Positions 39,931 through 50,616 of a DNA stretch of 64,000 nt are shown in pieces. Below the pieces are notes generated by a model that was not told where the DNA came from, searched no databases, and was given only the letters and a program-made list of their open reading frames with translations. The position numbers were made by a program, and so were the translations under genes. Within the stretch, counting starts at the first letter, position 1; the number at the start of each line of letters is the position of its first letter. The stretch covers positions 4,240 through 68,239 of the forward strand of contig JAIXWI010000034.1 of the NCBI GenBank assembly GCA_027491355.1, in the 5' to 3' direction. The stretch is from Bacteroidota bacterium. GTDB lineage: Bacteria > Bacteroidota > Bacteroidia > UKL13-3.

Positions 39931-41086
39931 ACTCTTAATTGTATTTTTAAGTATTTTCTGCCTGCTTTCACAAATTAAAGAAGCTTGTTCTCAAAATACT
40001 TCATATACCAAAGACACCTTGCACCTAGCTGTGCTAATGCCATTTTGCAGTAAAGAAATTTTGGCTGACGAACTCAGCCCAAAATCAGCATTGGGTAATG
40101 CCTGTCGTTCCTATTTTGAGGGCTTAACAATAGGTTTAGACAGCATGTCTAAAAATGGCATTCATATCATTACGCATGTATTTGATACCAAAAATGACAC
40201 CCTTTATTTTAAACAATTGCTTAAAAAAAATGAGGTATTGAATGCCAATTTGATCATTGGACCTGTTGTAGCAGTTGGTCAACAAATTATGAAAAAATTT
40301 AGCGACGAAGCGCATATTTATCATGTTAGTCCTTTGCTTACTTTAACTAAATCTAAAATCGAAGACCCCTATTTGATTTGCATGAACCCTGATTTAGAAT
40401 CTTATGCAGATATCTATTTAAAGCAATGTTATCAATCTGGTCAAACTGATATCAACCTAGTTGTATTTTCAGGCAAAGGCAAAAACGACAAAATCATTGC
40501 AAACAGACTCAATAAAATAAAATCTGAATACCCTAGTTTCAGCATACAATGTTTAGATATCGATAAAAATATCCATTACAAAAACTACTATCAGTTGAAC
40601 AAAACCAATTTGGTTTGGATAGATTCAGAAAACGAATTTCAAGTAAATAGCACCCTAAAAATATTGGCCGACACTACACAATTCATAGACATTCAAGTAA
40701 TAGGCACAAAAAAATGGCTCGACTACAATGCCAATAATTACCCCTTATGGAAAAAATTAGATGTTACCCTTTTGAGTCCTTATTTTTTGGAAACAACTGG
40801 TAAACTTACAACTCAATTTATTGAGCTTTTCAAAGAAATTTATAACAGAGAACCAGATGAATATGCAGTTGCTGGTTATGATCAAGCTATCCTTTTAATT
40901 GATGCATTGGCTAAAAACAATGGAAAATTTAGGGTTGATCAAAACAAAAAGAATGAAGCATTGGTAGGTTCAGAATATCTGATTGGTAGCAAACCACATA
41001 ACAAAGGCTACCAAAACAATTACCTCAATCAATGTAAATTCAACGAGGAATTTATGTGGATCAATGCTGCAAAAACCACTAAATAA
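39917..41086 (+). CDS. periplasmic-binding-protein type 1 (LivK/ANF-receptor-like) domain protein, orphan
   Basis: With the TTG at 39917 the N-terminus [19 protein letters not shown] is signal-like; the ORF track start at 39887 overlaps guaA by 44 bp. [10 protein letters not shown] block is typical of PBP1 N-termini. Confidence 0.45.
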   Translation: MNGNKLLIVFLSIFCLLSQIKEACSQNTSYTKDTLHLAVLMPFCSKEILADELSPKSALGNACRSYFEGLTIGLDSMSKNGIHIITHVFDTKNDTLYFKQLLKKNEVLNANLIIGPVVAVGQQIMKKFSDEAHIYHVSPLLTLTKSKIEDPYLICMNPDLESYADIYLKQCYQSGQTDINLVVFSGKGKNDKIIANRLNKIKSEYPSFSIQCLDIDKNIHYKNYYQLNKTNLVWIDSENEFQVNSTLKILADTTQFIDIQVIGTKKWLDYNANNYPLWKKLDVTLLSPYFLETTGKLTTQFIELFKEIYNREPDEYAVAGYDQAILLIDALAKNNGKFRVDQNKKNEALVGSEYLIGSKPHNKGYQNNYLNQCKFNEEFMWINAAKTTK

Positions 41087-42482
41087 TTGCTCTGAAAAAT
41101 AAAAACAATAAACCTGAAAGGACTATACTTACAGGAAGTGTCAATATCCATGCTAAAGCAATCATTTTAATTGTTTTGGGTTGCAAATTTTTAACTCCTT
41201 TACTAGCAACCATACTTCCAGCTATACCAGAAGACAATACATGAGTGGTACTAACAGGTAAACCTAACCACGTAGAAAAACCAATGGTTGAGGCTGCTAC
41301 CAATTCCGCACTTGCGCCTTGGGCATACGATAAATGTTGTTTCCCAATTTTTTCACCTATTGTTGTCACAATTCGTTTCCAACCAACCAAGGTGCCAAAA
41401 CCTAAACTCAATGATACCATAAGAATGACCCAATTAGGGGCGTATTCAGTTATAGATTTAATCTTAGTAGTTTCTTTTAATAACTCTTCTTTTTGAATGA
41501 TACTGAGGTTTAAATTCTTACTTTTAATGAGCAATTGAACACCCTGACCAATTTTAACTAAATCTGATCTTACCTCAAATTTTTGGTTGTTTGACATTTG
41601 ATCAAAAGACTGAATTGTCTGAATATTCAACTGAAATTGTGCCAATTCTGATTTGATTTTACTCAATTCCATTTGTTCAGAAGGTATTAACTCAGAGGTA
41701 TCTATTTTGGATAGAATTGAATTGAATTGAATGATATGTTCATTTAATTCAATTGGTTTTCTGGTGAGATCAAGCGTAAAATAACCTGGAACAATTGAAA
41801 TTAAAATGAGCATCACAAGCCCCACTCCTTTTTGTCCATCGTTGGAGCCATGAGAAAAACTTACACCTGTACAAGTCAGTAACAATATCAAACGTATCCA
41901 AAATGGTGGTGGATTGTTTGAATTTGGAGATTTAAAAATAAACTTAGCCTTGATGCTCTGCCTCATGATAAACATTAACAAAATAGCCAAACTAAATCCA
42001 AGTAGTGGTGAAAGGAACAAACTCAAACCAATTTCTTTTGCCTTAGCCCAATTGATAAATACATGTCCGGTTTGGTCTACAAACAAAGAATAAGCCATTC
42101 CTACACCTATGATGGAGCCAATTAATGTATGTGAACTTGAACTTGGAATACCAACATACCAGGTTGCAAAATTCCATAAAATTGCAGTTAACAATAAAGA
42201 GGCAATTAATGCAATGTTTTGATATACATCGGCATTGAGAAGCAGCTCCAAGGGTAATAAATGAGTAATTCCCATGGCAACAGCAATGCCTCCAGCAAAA
42301 ACGCCAATTGCATTCCAAATACCACTCCAAACTACAGCAAATTCTGGTTTGAGAGAATTGGTATAAATAACCGTTGCAACTGCGTTTGCAGTATCATGAA
42401 AACCATTGATAAATTCAAAAATAACAGCTGCCAATAGACAGGTTATCAGAATGATTGTTAAATGTGTTTCTAATCCAAACAT
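41079..42482 (-). CDS. inorganic phosphate transporter, PiT family, with a long coiled-coil cytoplasmic loop
   Basis: EFINGFHDTANAVATVIYT and C-terminal GSNDGQKG motifs (PHO4 repeats), with about 130 aa of coiled-coil insert between the halves. Confidence 0.75.
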   Translation of the reverse strand: MFGLETHLTIILITCLLAAVIFEFINGFHDTANAVATVIYTNSLKPEFAVVWSGIWNAIGVFAGGIAVAMGITHLLPLELLLNADVYQNIALIASLLLTAILWNFATWYVGIPSSSSHTLIGSIIGVGMAYSLFVDQTGHVFINWAKAKEIGLSLFLSPLLGFSLAILLMFIMRQSIKAKFIFKSPNSNNPPPFWIRLILLLTCTGVSFSHGSNDGQKGVGLVMLILISIVPGYFTLDLTRKPIELNEHIIQFNSILSKIDTSELIPSEQMELSKIKSELAQFQLNIQTIQSFDQMSNNQKFEVRSDLVKIGQGVQLLIKSKNLNLSIIQKEELLKETTKIKSITEYAPNWVILMVSLSLGFGTLVGWKRIVTTIGEKIGKQHLSYAQGASAELVAASTIGFSTWLGLPVSTTHVLSSGIAGSMVASKGVKNLQPKTIKMIALAWILTLPVSIVLSGLLFLFFRAII

Positions 42483-42635
42483 AACCCTTTGTTCCGACAA
42501 TTATAATGTTCAAATTGTAGAAGTCAAGGTTAATTTTTTATCAGGTAATCATTAGTGAGTACATTTTACTTTAAAATATAGCAATCCGAAAATTAAAATA
42601 TATTACTTTCGCTATACTAAATTAACTTTTTATAT

Positions 42636-44792
42636 ATGAAAAAACTGATTGCTAATCTGCTTGTTTTAAGCATGTTTGCAGGGAATTTTGCTAAAGCCGA
42701 CGAAGGCATGTGGATTCCATCGCTTTTGAAAAACTACAATTACGAGCAAATGAAAGCCAAAGGGCTGAAGTTAACCGCTGAACAATTGTATGATGTCAAC
42801 CACAATTCATTAAAAGACGCCATTGTTTGGTTCAATGGAGGTTGTACCGGAGAAATCATATCGTCTGAAGGATTGGTATTAACCAATCACCATTGCGGAT
42901 ATGATGCCATTGCATCTTTATCAACCAAAGATGACAATATTTTAGACAATGGTTTTTGGGCTAAAAACAAAGGTGAAGAAAGAGCTAAACCAGGAATGTG
43001 GGTTTCTATAGTTCAACGCATTGAAGATGTAAGCGATAGAATTCTACCAATGTTGGCTGGTGTAGATGAAAAAAACAGACCAGATTCTTTGCAAAGAATT
43101 TACAAAAGAATCATTGCTGAAACAACCAAGGGTACTCATTTTGAAGCACAAATCAGAGAGATGTTCAAAGGCAATGCTTACTATTTATTTGTATTTGAAA
43201 AATTCACTGATATCAGGTTGGTAGGTACGCCACCTCAATCGGTAGGTAAATTTGGTGGTGACCCAGACAACTGGATGTGGCCAAGACATACCGGCGACTT
43301 TAGTATGTTCAGAATTTATGCTGGCAAAGACAATAAACCTGCTGCATACTCAACCAATAATGTTCCATACAAACCAAAACACCATTTACCTGTAAGCATG
43401 AAAGGCATCAAGCCTGGAGATTATGCAATGATTATGGGATTTCCTGGAAGAACAAACCGTTATGAATTCTCACAGGGTATTGAAATGGCAATCGAAAAAG
43501 TAAATCCAACCATTGTTAAATTAAGAGCAATTAGGTTACAAGCTTGGAAAGAAGTGATGGATAAAAGTGTGAGTGACCGTTTGTTGTTGTCTGCTGATTA
43601 TGCCAGCATTGCTAACTATTGGAAATATTTTATTGGTCAAACTGAGCAATTAAAAAGACTCAAAGTAGTAGAATACAAAAAAAATGTGGAACTTGATTTC
43701 TACAAATTTGCATTACTGAATAAAGAATACGCGAACGTACTTCCCAATATAGAAAAGGCTTACAATGCTTACAAGCCATTTGCTTTACAAAGAACCTATT
43801 TGAGTGAAGGTATACTAGGTGTAACTGCTAACGCAGCAGCTAGTTCTTTTTATCCTTATATAAAGGCGAGCAAAGAAAACAAAGACAAAGAACAAATTGA
43901 AAAAGCCTTAAAAGCAGCAATAGCAACTACTGAAGATGCTTACAGTTCATTCTTTGCAAGCGCCGATGAAAAGATTTTGGCTCAAATATTGGAACAGTAT
44001 TACAATGACATTCCTGAAGACCAACATCCTTCATACATGAACAAAATCATGCGTTCAAAAGGGAAAACAACTTTAGAAAAATGTCAAAATTTTGCAAACA
44101 AATTGTATGCTAAAAGTATTTTTGGATCAAAAGAAAGGATGCTCGATTTCTGTAAAAATCCTTCCTATAAAAAACTAGCTGCAGACCCTTGTTACGAAAT
44201 GGTTGAAGCATTCTATGATAATTATTTAAACAACTACAAACCAAAAGTTGATGCTTTTGTAGCAGCAATTGCACCTGAAAGTAGAATGTATGTTAAAGGT
44301 TTGCAACTATTGTATCCTAACAAAACCTTTTATCCAGATGCCAATTCTTCTTTGCGTTTAACTTACGGCTCTGTTCAAGGTTATGACCCTAAAGATGCCA
44401 TACACTACGATTATTATACTACTTTAGATGGTGTCATAGAAAAATACGATCCAACAAATTTTGAATTCCAAGTACCTCAAAAATTACTCACCTTACACAA
44501 ATTCAAAGATTATGGTGACTACAAAATGGAAAATGGACAAATGCCTGTTGCATTTATTACCAATAACGACATCACAGGTGGTAACAGTGGTAGCCCTGTG
44601 ATTGATGGAGAAGGCAATTTAATTGGCTTGGCATTTGATGGCAACTGGGAAGCAATGAGTGGTGACATTGTATTTGACGAAAAATTTAAACGTACCATCA
44701 ATGTTGACATCCGTTATGTATTGTTCTTGATTGATAAATTAGGTGAGGCAAAGCATATCGTTGATGAAATGACTTTGGTTAAATCGAAATAA
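42636..44792 (+). CDS. S46-family dipeptidyl-peptidase (DPP7/DPP11-like)
   Basis: Signal peptide then the DEGMWIPSLL hallmark; catalytic His (TNHHCG), Asp, and Ser in GGNSGSPV; 718 aa. Confidence 0.85.
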   Translation: MKKLIANLLVLSMFAGNFAKADEGMWIPSLLKNYNYEQMKAKGLKLTAEQLYDVNHNSLKDAIVWFNGGCTGEIISSEGLVLTNHHCGYDAIASLSTKDDNILDNGFWAKNKGEERAKPGMWVSIVQRIEDVSDRILPMLAGVDEKNRPDSLQRIYKRIIAETTKGTHFEAQIREMFKGNAYYLFVFEKFTDIRLVGTPPQSVGKFGGDPDNWMWPRHTGDFSMFRIYAGKDNKPAAYSTNNVPYKPKHHLPVSMKGIKPGDYAMIMGFPGRTNRYEFSQGIEMAIEKVNPTIVKLRAIRLQAWKEVMDKSVSDRLLLSADYASIANYWKYFIGQTEQLKRLKVVEYKKNVELDFYKFALLNKEYANVLPNIEKAYNAYKPFALQRTYLSEGILGVTANAAASSFYPYIKASKENKDKEQIEKALKAAIATTEDAYSSFFASADEKILAQILEQYYNDIPEDQHPSYMNKIMRSKGKTTLEKCQNFANKLYAKSIFGSKERMLDFCKNPSYKKLAADPCYEMVEAFYDNYLNNYKPKVDAFVAAIAPESRMYVKGLQLLYPNKTFYPDANSSLRLTYGSVQGYDPKDAIHYDYYTTLDGVIEKYDPTNFEFQVPQKLLTLHKFKDYGDYKMENGQMPVAFITNNDITGGNSGSPVIDGEGNLIGLAFDGNWEAMSGDIVFDEKFKRTINVDIRYVLFLIDKLGEAKHIVDEMTLVKSK

Positions 44793-44810
44793 AAATAAAT
44801 CACTTCAAAT

Positions 44811-44840
44811 AAAAGTCGCTTCGGCGACTTTTATTTTTTA
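44811..44840 (+). terminator. rho-independent terminator after the S46 peptidase gene
   Basis: AAGTCGC-TTCG-GCGACTT hairpin followed by TTATTTTTT. Confidence 0.7.
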
Positions 44841-44851
44841 ATGAAAATGCA

Positions 44852-45247
44852 ATGAAAACAATTGTTTCAGTTCTATTACTTGTGTTAACAATATCCTGTT
44901 CAGAGAACAAAAGAAAACAACTTCCAGAAAAGGGGTATTTTGGGCAAGCATTCACTACAGATTCTTGTATAGATGTTACACAAATCAATGACAACATGAT
45001 TCAAACCGACAGTTTATCAATAATTGTTTGTGGTAAAATTGGCAATTATTGCAAAGGAGAAGGCTGCTGGTTGAGTATTGACAATCCGAATGGCAAGCCC
45101 CTATTGGTAGAAAATAAAAACAAAAGTTTCATCGTTCCATTTGATATTGGTAAAAAATCAATTCAAGCAAAAGGATTACTTTTAAAAATGGAGCCCAATG
45201 CTAAATATGGTTTCAAACTTATTGCTACGGGTGTGTTAATCCAATAA
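44852..45247 (+). CDS. DUF4920-like lipoprotein
   Basis: Lipobox LTISCS; central VCGKIGNYCKGEGCWLSI motif. Confidence 0.45.
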   Translation: MKTIVSVLLLVLTISCSENKRKQLPEKGYFGQAFTTDSCIDVTQINDNMIQTDSLSIIVCGKIGNYCKGEGCWLSIDNPNGKPLLVENKNKSFIVPFDIGKKSIQAKGLLLKMEPNAKYGFKLIATGVLIQ

Positions 45248-45479
45248 GTGAACCATTCTTTTGATTGGCTTTAGCATAAGCTAAAACCAGTTCAACACTA
45301 GAATCTGAAGGACTTTCAGACAATGTGTTCAGGCAAGATATTTCTTGAACCATAAAATTGTATTGTTCTTGTAAAGATGAATTTCTTAACAATTCGATGG
45401 CCAAGTCATTTGTTAATGCTTGATCCAGTTCTCCATAGTAATACAATAAAAGGTCGTTTGAGGTGTAGTTTTTTGTCAT
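45225..45479 (-). CDS. putative anti-sigma factor, short, downstream of the ECF sigma gene
   Basis: 84 aa; N-terminal LLLYYYGELDQA pattern common in anti-sigma N-domains; position immediately 3' of the ECF sigma gene. Confidence 0.4.
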   Translation of the reverse strand: MTKNYTSNDLLLYYYGELDQALTNDLAIELLRNSSLQEQYNFMVQEISCLNTLSESPSDSSVELVLAYAKANQKNGSLIGLTHP

Positions 45480-45535
45480 ACGTGTTTGTTACAATATCCT
45501 AACGCATGCTACCGACAATTTATTGTGTATGCCAA

Positions 45536-46120
45536 TTAACCCAAATGAACTTGACTCTCTGACAATTGTTTTCTAATATTTGCCAAAGCATACCTCATTC
45601 TGCCCAAAGCCGTATTGACACTCACTCCTGTTTGTGCCGCAATTTCCTTGAAGCTTAAATTTGCCCAATGTCTTAAAATAACAACCTGTTTTTGTTCTTC
45701 AGGTAAATTGAGCACCAACTGTTTAATTTGTTGTTCTGTTTGGTATTGTATGATTTTGTCTTCTTTATTTTGAGTTTCAGCAACGACCAAATAAGAAAAC
45801 AAATCGTTACCCTGACTATCCGTGATGGTTACATCCTTGTTTATTTTTCTTAAATAATCGATGGTTAAATTTCTGGCTACGCGAACGGCCCAACCTACAA
45901 ATTTGCCTTCCTCATTGTAATTTCCACTTCTAAGGGTTTGAATTATTTTGATGAAACTCTCCTGAAAAATATCTTCAGCAAGTGATCGGTTTTTTACCAG
46001 CAAATAAATGGCGGTAAAAATACTTTTTTTGTGACGTCTGATTAACTCCTCTAAAGCAGCGTTGTTGTCTTTTTGAAACAGCTTTACCAAATCATTGTCA
46101 CTAATTTTCTGCATATTCAT
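45536..46120 (-). CDS. RNA polymerase ECF-type sigma-70 factor
   Basis: Region 2 (IFQESFIKI...YLRKI) and region 4 (LSFKEIAAQTGVSVNTALGRMRYA) are present; 194 aa. Confidence 0.8.
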   Translation of the reverse strand: MNMQKISDNDLVKLFQKDNNAALEELIRRHKKSIFTAIYLLVKNRSLAEDIFQESFIKIIQTLRSGNYNEEGKFVGWAVRVARNLTIDYLRKINKDVTITDSQGNDLFSYLVVAETQNKEDKIIQYQTEQQIKQLVLNLPEEQKQVVILRHWANLSFKEIAAQTGVSVNTALGRMRYALANIRKQLSESQVHLG

Positions 46121-46237
46121 GGCAGTAAGTTTAAAAGGTTAAACAATAAAAATTAGTGTAGATTTTTGTCGATAAGCTGTAAGTGTTTTTTTGAATTGAT
46201 GTTTAACGAATATACATTATTTTTAAAAAAAGAAAAA

Positions 46238-46975
46238 TTACTTTTTAGATTGACTCAAATTGAATATGATTCCTGTTCCAAACTGAATGCAAGTAAACGG
46301 AACCTTCAATGAAGAATTTGAATTGGTTGCAGAGGCACCACTTGCGTCAGTAATTTTTATAATACCAAAATCAGGAAAACTTGTCATCAAATCAGCATTC
46401 ATTTGAAATGCGATGCTTTCATTGATTGGAATTGAAAAACCAAATCCAACACAAAATAGCTCTTTCACAACTGAAGAGGCATTCCATTTTAACAACACAG
46501 AATCGTTTAATATGAGGTTGTTTCCAGGACTGTTCATCCAACTCACTCCTGCGCCTATTTTAGAGTACATGGCATAACCTGCGTTTACCTTTGAAAACTT
46601 AAATCCACCTATTAAACTGAATTGCGACCAACTAGAGGTTGACGTAATGTTACTTACATCTTTATTACCCACTTTTACCAATTTTGTAAAATCAGCTTGA
46701 TTAACTGAATTGGTGTTATAATTAGCCACTATGAAGTAGCCAATAGCTGGTTTAACTGCTTGTTCGTATTGTGTTGTTATAAAAGAACCTGTTTGAGCAA
46801 AACCATTTTCAAAGAGTGGGAAATCCGTTTTTCCATAATTTGAAATGGGCATTGATAAACCCGCATGAATACTTAATTGCTGTGCATTCACTGATTTATT
46901 TAGCAGAAAGCAAAAACAAACAACAATAAGCAAAAAGGTTTTTTGTAAACTTGTATCAGGATTGTACTTATACAT
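46238..46975 (-). CDS. outer-membrane beta-barrel protein (porin-like, hypothetical)
   Basis: Signal peptide, alternating hydrophobic beta-strand pattern, C-terminal aromatic-terminated strand (IFNLSQSKK region). Confidence 0.45.
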   Translation of the reverse strand: MYKYNPDTSLQKTFLLIVVCFCFLLNKSVNAQQLSIHAGLSMPISNYGKTDFPLFENGFAQTGSFITTQYEQAVKPAIGYFIVANYNTNSVNQADFTKLVKVGNKDVSNITSTSSWSQFSLIGGFKFSKVNAGYAMYSKIGAGVSWMNSPGNNLILNDSVLLKWNASSVVKELFCVGFGFSIPINESIAFQMNADLMTSFPDFGIIKITDASGASATNSNSSLKVPFTCIQFGTGIIFNLSQSKK

Positions 46976-46991
46976 TTTGGAAATTTAAACA

Positions 46992-49832
46992 ATGTCATCA
47001 AAAAACCAACAAGATATTTTCATTAAAGGTGCCCGCATGCACAATTTAAAAAACATTGATGTTCAAATACCAAGAAATCAATTGACTGTGGTTACAGGGG
47101 TTTCAGGTAGCGGAAAATCGAGTTTGGTATTTGATACCTTGTTTGCAGAAGGACAAAGAAGGTATGTAGAAAGTTTGTCAGCTTATGCCAGGCAATTTTT
47201 GGGTAAAATGAACAAACCAGATGTTGATTTTATTCATGGACTGTCTCCATCTATTGCTATAGAACAAAAAGTAAATACTCGGAATCCACGATCTACCATT
47301 GCTACTTCAACTGAAATTTACGACTATTTGAAGCTATTGTTTGCCAGGGTTGGTACAACCTACTCGCCTGTGAGTTGGCAAATTGTAAAAAGGCATAGGG
47401 TGCAAGATGTAGTGGATGCTATCATTGCAATGCCAGAAAACAGCAAGGTAATTATTTTAGCACCAATAGTATTGAGTATTGAAAACGTTTCCAAACAGTT
47501 AGAAATATACATTCAAAATGGCTTCAGCCGCTTGTTTTACGAAAACGAAATTCAAGATATAGAGAGCATACTAGAATCTAAGGTGCTCGAAAATAAAAAA
47601 GCTAAAAAACAAGGCCATTTGACTGCATTGGTTGTTGACCGTTTTGCCATTGATAAAAGTGACTTAGATGAATTGCAAAACCGTATTGCTGATAGCGTAC
47701 AAACTGCATTTTACGAAGGACAGGGCAATTGTATGGTTCAACAAATAACTGAAAACAATACCCAAACATTTGAATTCAATAACCGATTCGAATTAGACGG
47801 AATGGTATTTGAAGAACCTTCCGTGAATTTCTTTTCATTCAACAATCCTTATGGAGCATGTAAAACCTGCGAAGGATTCGGAAGTGTGGTTGGCATTGAT
47901 GAAGATTTGGTCATCCCTGATAAGTCAAAATCAGTGTTTGACGACGCCATCGTTCCATGGAAAGGCGAAAAAATGAGTGAATGGAAGACCCATTTTCTGA
48001 AAACAAGTAGCAAAGTTAAATTCCCCATTCATAAACCTTATTATGAATTAAGTGGATCACAAAAAGACTATTTATGGCATGGAGATGCCAATTGGGAAGG
48101 CATTGATGGATTTTTTAAAGAATTAGAAAGACAAACTTACAAAATTCAGTACAGGGTAATGCTTGCAAGGTATAGAGGTAAAACTTCATGTCCTGATTGC
48201 AAAGGAACCCGTTTGCGTAAAGATGCAAATTATGTGCGATTGAAAAGTGTGAACGAAAAAGTAAATACTGCCAGTGAATACAAATCTTTGAGTGCCATTT
48301 TACTGATGACCATAGACCAAGCTTTTACCTATTTCAGTGAACTTGAATTTGAAAATACAGCGGCAGAAATAGCTAAACGTATGTTGTTAGAAATAGTTAA
48401 TCGCTTGCAATTTTTAAAACAGGTTGGTTTGGGTTATTTATCATTGAACAGGCTTTCCAATACCTTGAGTGGTGGCGAAACCCAACGCATCAATTTGGCA
48501 ACTTCTTTGGGCAGTAGTTTGGTAGGATCTACTTATATTTTGGATGAACCAAGTATTGGTTTACACAGCAAAGATACCGAACAACTCATTGGGGTTTTAA
48601 AAAGACTCCGAGATATTGGCAATACGGTAGTTGTTGTAGAACACGACCAAGATGTCATGGAACATGCAGACCATATCATTGACATAGGTCCATTTGCAGG
48701 TATTCATGGTGGCAATTTGGTAGCTGCCGGAACCATACAACAATTGACAAAATCTGTTGAAAGTTTAACAGGAAAATATTTAGCTGGAATTGAACGCATA
48801 GAAGTACCAATTAAAAGAAGAAAGGCTTCAGATTTCATAACAGTAAAAGGAGCAAGACAACACAATTTAAAAGGAATAAAAGTAAGTTTTCCTTTACATA
48901 CACTTACTGTTATTACAGGTGTTTCAGGGAGTGGGAAAAGTACATTAATCAAAGGCATCCTTTACCCCGCAATTCAAAAGCACCTTGGCAATTATGCCAA
49001 TGAAAAAACGGGTCAATTTGAGTCTATTGAAGGCAATATCAAGCGCATCAAACAAGTTGAATTTGTAGACCAAAATCCAATAGGGAAATCGAGCAGATCT
49101 AACCCAATAACCTATATTAAAGCTTATGATGCCATAAGGGAGCTTTATGCCAACCAAGCCATTAGCAAAGGTAGAGCTTACAAACCTCAACATTTCAGTT
49201 TCAATGTAGATGGTGGACGCTGTGAAACATGCCAAGGAGAGGGAGAAGTAACCATTGAAATGCAATTCATGGCCGACATTCATTTAACTTGTGAATCTTG
49301 TAAAGGCGCGCGTTTCAAAGATGAAATATTAGATGTCAAGTATGAGGATAAAAACATCAGTGAGGTGTTGCACTTGAGTGTGGATGAAGCCATTGATTTT
49401 TTTGCTGGTGAACCAAGTATTGCCAACAAATTGAAACCCTTGCAAGATGTTGGTTTAGGTTATGTGCAATTGGGTCAAAGCAGCAATACTCTAAGTGGTG
49501 GCGAATCGCAAAGGGTTAAATTGGCCAGTTATTTAGGAAAGGGAAAAAATTCCGACCAAGTACTGTTTATTTTCGATGAGCCTACAACAGGCTTACACTT
49601 TAATGACATTAAGAAACTGCTAAAATCGTTTGATGCTTTGATTGCTCAAGGACACAGTATTATAGTGATTGAACACAATTTAGATGTCATCAAATGTGCT
49701 GATTATATCATTGACTTAGGCCCAGAAGCTGGAGAAAATGGGGGTGAAATTGTATTTGAAGGCACACCAGAAGAACTGATTAAAATTGAAAAAAGTTATA
49801 CCGCACATTATTTAAAAGACAAACTGAATTGA
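46992..49832 (+). CDS. uvrA: excinuclease ABC subunit A
   Basis: 946 aa; duplicated ABC ATPase with GVSGSGKSSL / GVSGSGKSTL, zinc-finger cysteines, LSGGE signatures. Confidence 0.9.
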   Translation: MSSKNQQDIFIKGARMHNLKNIDVQIPRNQLTVVTGVSGSGKSSLVFDTLFAEGQRRYVESLSAYARQFLGKMNKPDVDFIHGLSPSIAIEQKVNTRNPRSTIATSTEIYDYLKLLFARVGTTYSPVSWQIVKRHRVQDVVDAIIAMPENSKVIILAPIVLSIENVSKQLEIYIQNGFSRLFYENEIQDIESILESKVLENKKAKKQGHLTALVVDRFAIDKSDLDELQNRIADSVQTAFYEGQGNCMVQQITENNTQTFEFNNRFELDGMVFEEPSVNFFSFNNPYGACKTCEGFGSVVGIDEDLVIPDKSKSVFDDAIVPWKGEKMSEWKTHFLKTSSKVKFPIHKPYYELSGSQKDYLWHGDANWEGIDGFFKELERQTYKIQYRVMLARYRGKTSCPDCKGTRLRKDANYVRLKSVNEKVNTASEYKSLSAILLMTIDQAFTYFSELEFENTAAEIAKRMLLEIVNRLQFLKQVGLGYLSLNRLSNTLSGGETQRINLATSLGSSLVGSTYILDEPSIGLHSKDTEQLIGVLKRLRDIGNTVVVVEHDQDVMEHADHIIDIGPFAGIHGGNLVAAGTIQQLTKSVESLTGKYLAGIERIEVPIKRRKASDFITVKGARQHNLKGIKVSFPLHTLTVITGVSGSGKSTLIKGILYPAIQKHLGNYANEKTGQFESIEGNIKRIKQVEFVDQNPIGKSSRSNPITYIKAYDAIRELYANQAISKGRAYKPQHFSFNVDGGRCETCQGEGEVTIEMQFMADIHLTCESCKGARFKDEILDVKYEDKNISEVLHLSVDEAIDFFAGEPSIANKLKPLQDVGLGYVQLGQSSNTLSGGESQRVKLASYLGKGKNSDQVLFIFDEPTTGLHFNDIKKLLKSFDALIAQGHSIIVIEHNLDVIKCADYIIDLGPEAGENGGEIVFEGTPEELIKIEKSYTAHYLKDKLN

Positions 49833-50560
49833 ACATGCAACCCAAAGTAATTCCATTCAAGGATTTAATCCTATACGAAGATGAACAGTTGCTGTTTATC
49901 AATAAACCTGCACATTATTCTTCTTTAGATGACAGGCATGGGGATGTTTTTTCAATCATCAGACAGGCTAAAAAGCACGATGAGCATTTACAGTTGTGTC
50001 ACCGATTGGACAAAGAAACCAGTGGTATCATGGTGATTGCTAAAAATGAAGCAGTTTACAGAGACATGGCCATGTTATTTGAGAAAAGAGGAATCACCAA
50101 AACCTACCATGCTTTGGTTAGCGGACAATTGCAAGTGGAGAACATCGATATCAAATTGCCACTTGCTCAAAGTGCTAAAGGTGTAGCTAAAGTTGACCTA
50201 AAAACTGGAAAGCCTTCGCTTACCTCAGTGAGCACCCTTCAATTGTACAGACACTATACCCTGTTGGCATGCAAACCACATACAGGCAGGCTGCACCAAA
50301 TACGTATTCATTTAGCTGCTCAAAATTTCCCATTGGTAGCTGATACTTTGTACGGTGGTAAAATGCCCTATTTGTCTCAGTTTAAAGCAAAATTCAAAGA
50401 AAGTAAATGGGAAAACGAAGAACCCATTATCAAGCGTGTAGCACTTCATGCATTTGAACTTGAATTTACTTTGAATGAAAAAGTATACCATGTAAAAGCA
50501 GACTACCCCAAAGATTTTGCTGTTTTTATCAAACAACTAGAAAAATACGATTCCATTTAA
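49829..50560 (+). CDS. RluA-family pseudouridine synthase
   Basis: Catalytic HRLDKETSGIMVIAKN motif; 243 aa with no S4 domain. Confidence 0.8.
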   Translation: MNMQPKVIPFKDLILYEDEQLLFINKPAHYSSLDDRHGDVFSIIRQAKKHDEHLQLCHRLDKETSGIMVIAKNEAVYRDMAMLFEKRGITKTYHALVSGQLQVENIDIKLPLAQSAKGVAKVDLKTGKPSLTSVSTLQLYRHYTLLACKPHTGRLHQIRIHLAAQNFPLVADTLYGGKMPYLSQFKAKFKESKWENEEPIIKRVALHAFELEFTLNEKVYHVKADYPKDFAVFIKQLEKYDSI

Positions 50561-50580
50561 ATTGTAGGCGTAAACCTTGA

Positions 50581-50616
50581 TGCAGTACAATGATAATTTG
50601 TTATCATTGTACTGCA
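50581..50616. repeat. perfect 16-bp inverted repeat (TGCAGTACAATGATAA-TTTG-TTATCATTGTACTGCA) whose last base is the A of the GT9 start codon
   Basis: Read directly from the sequence; no U-tract follows the hairpin. Confidence 0.6.
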
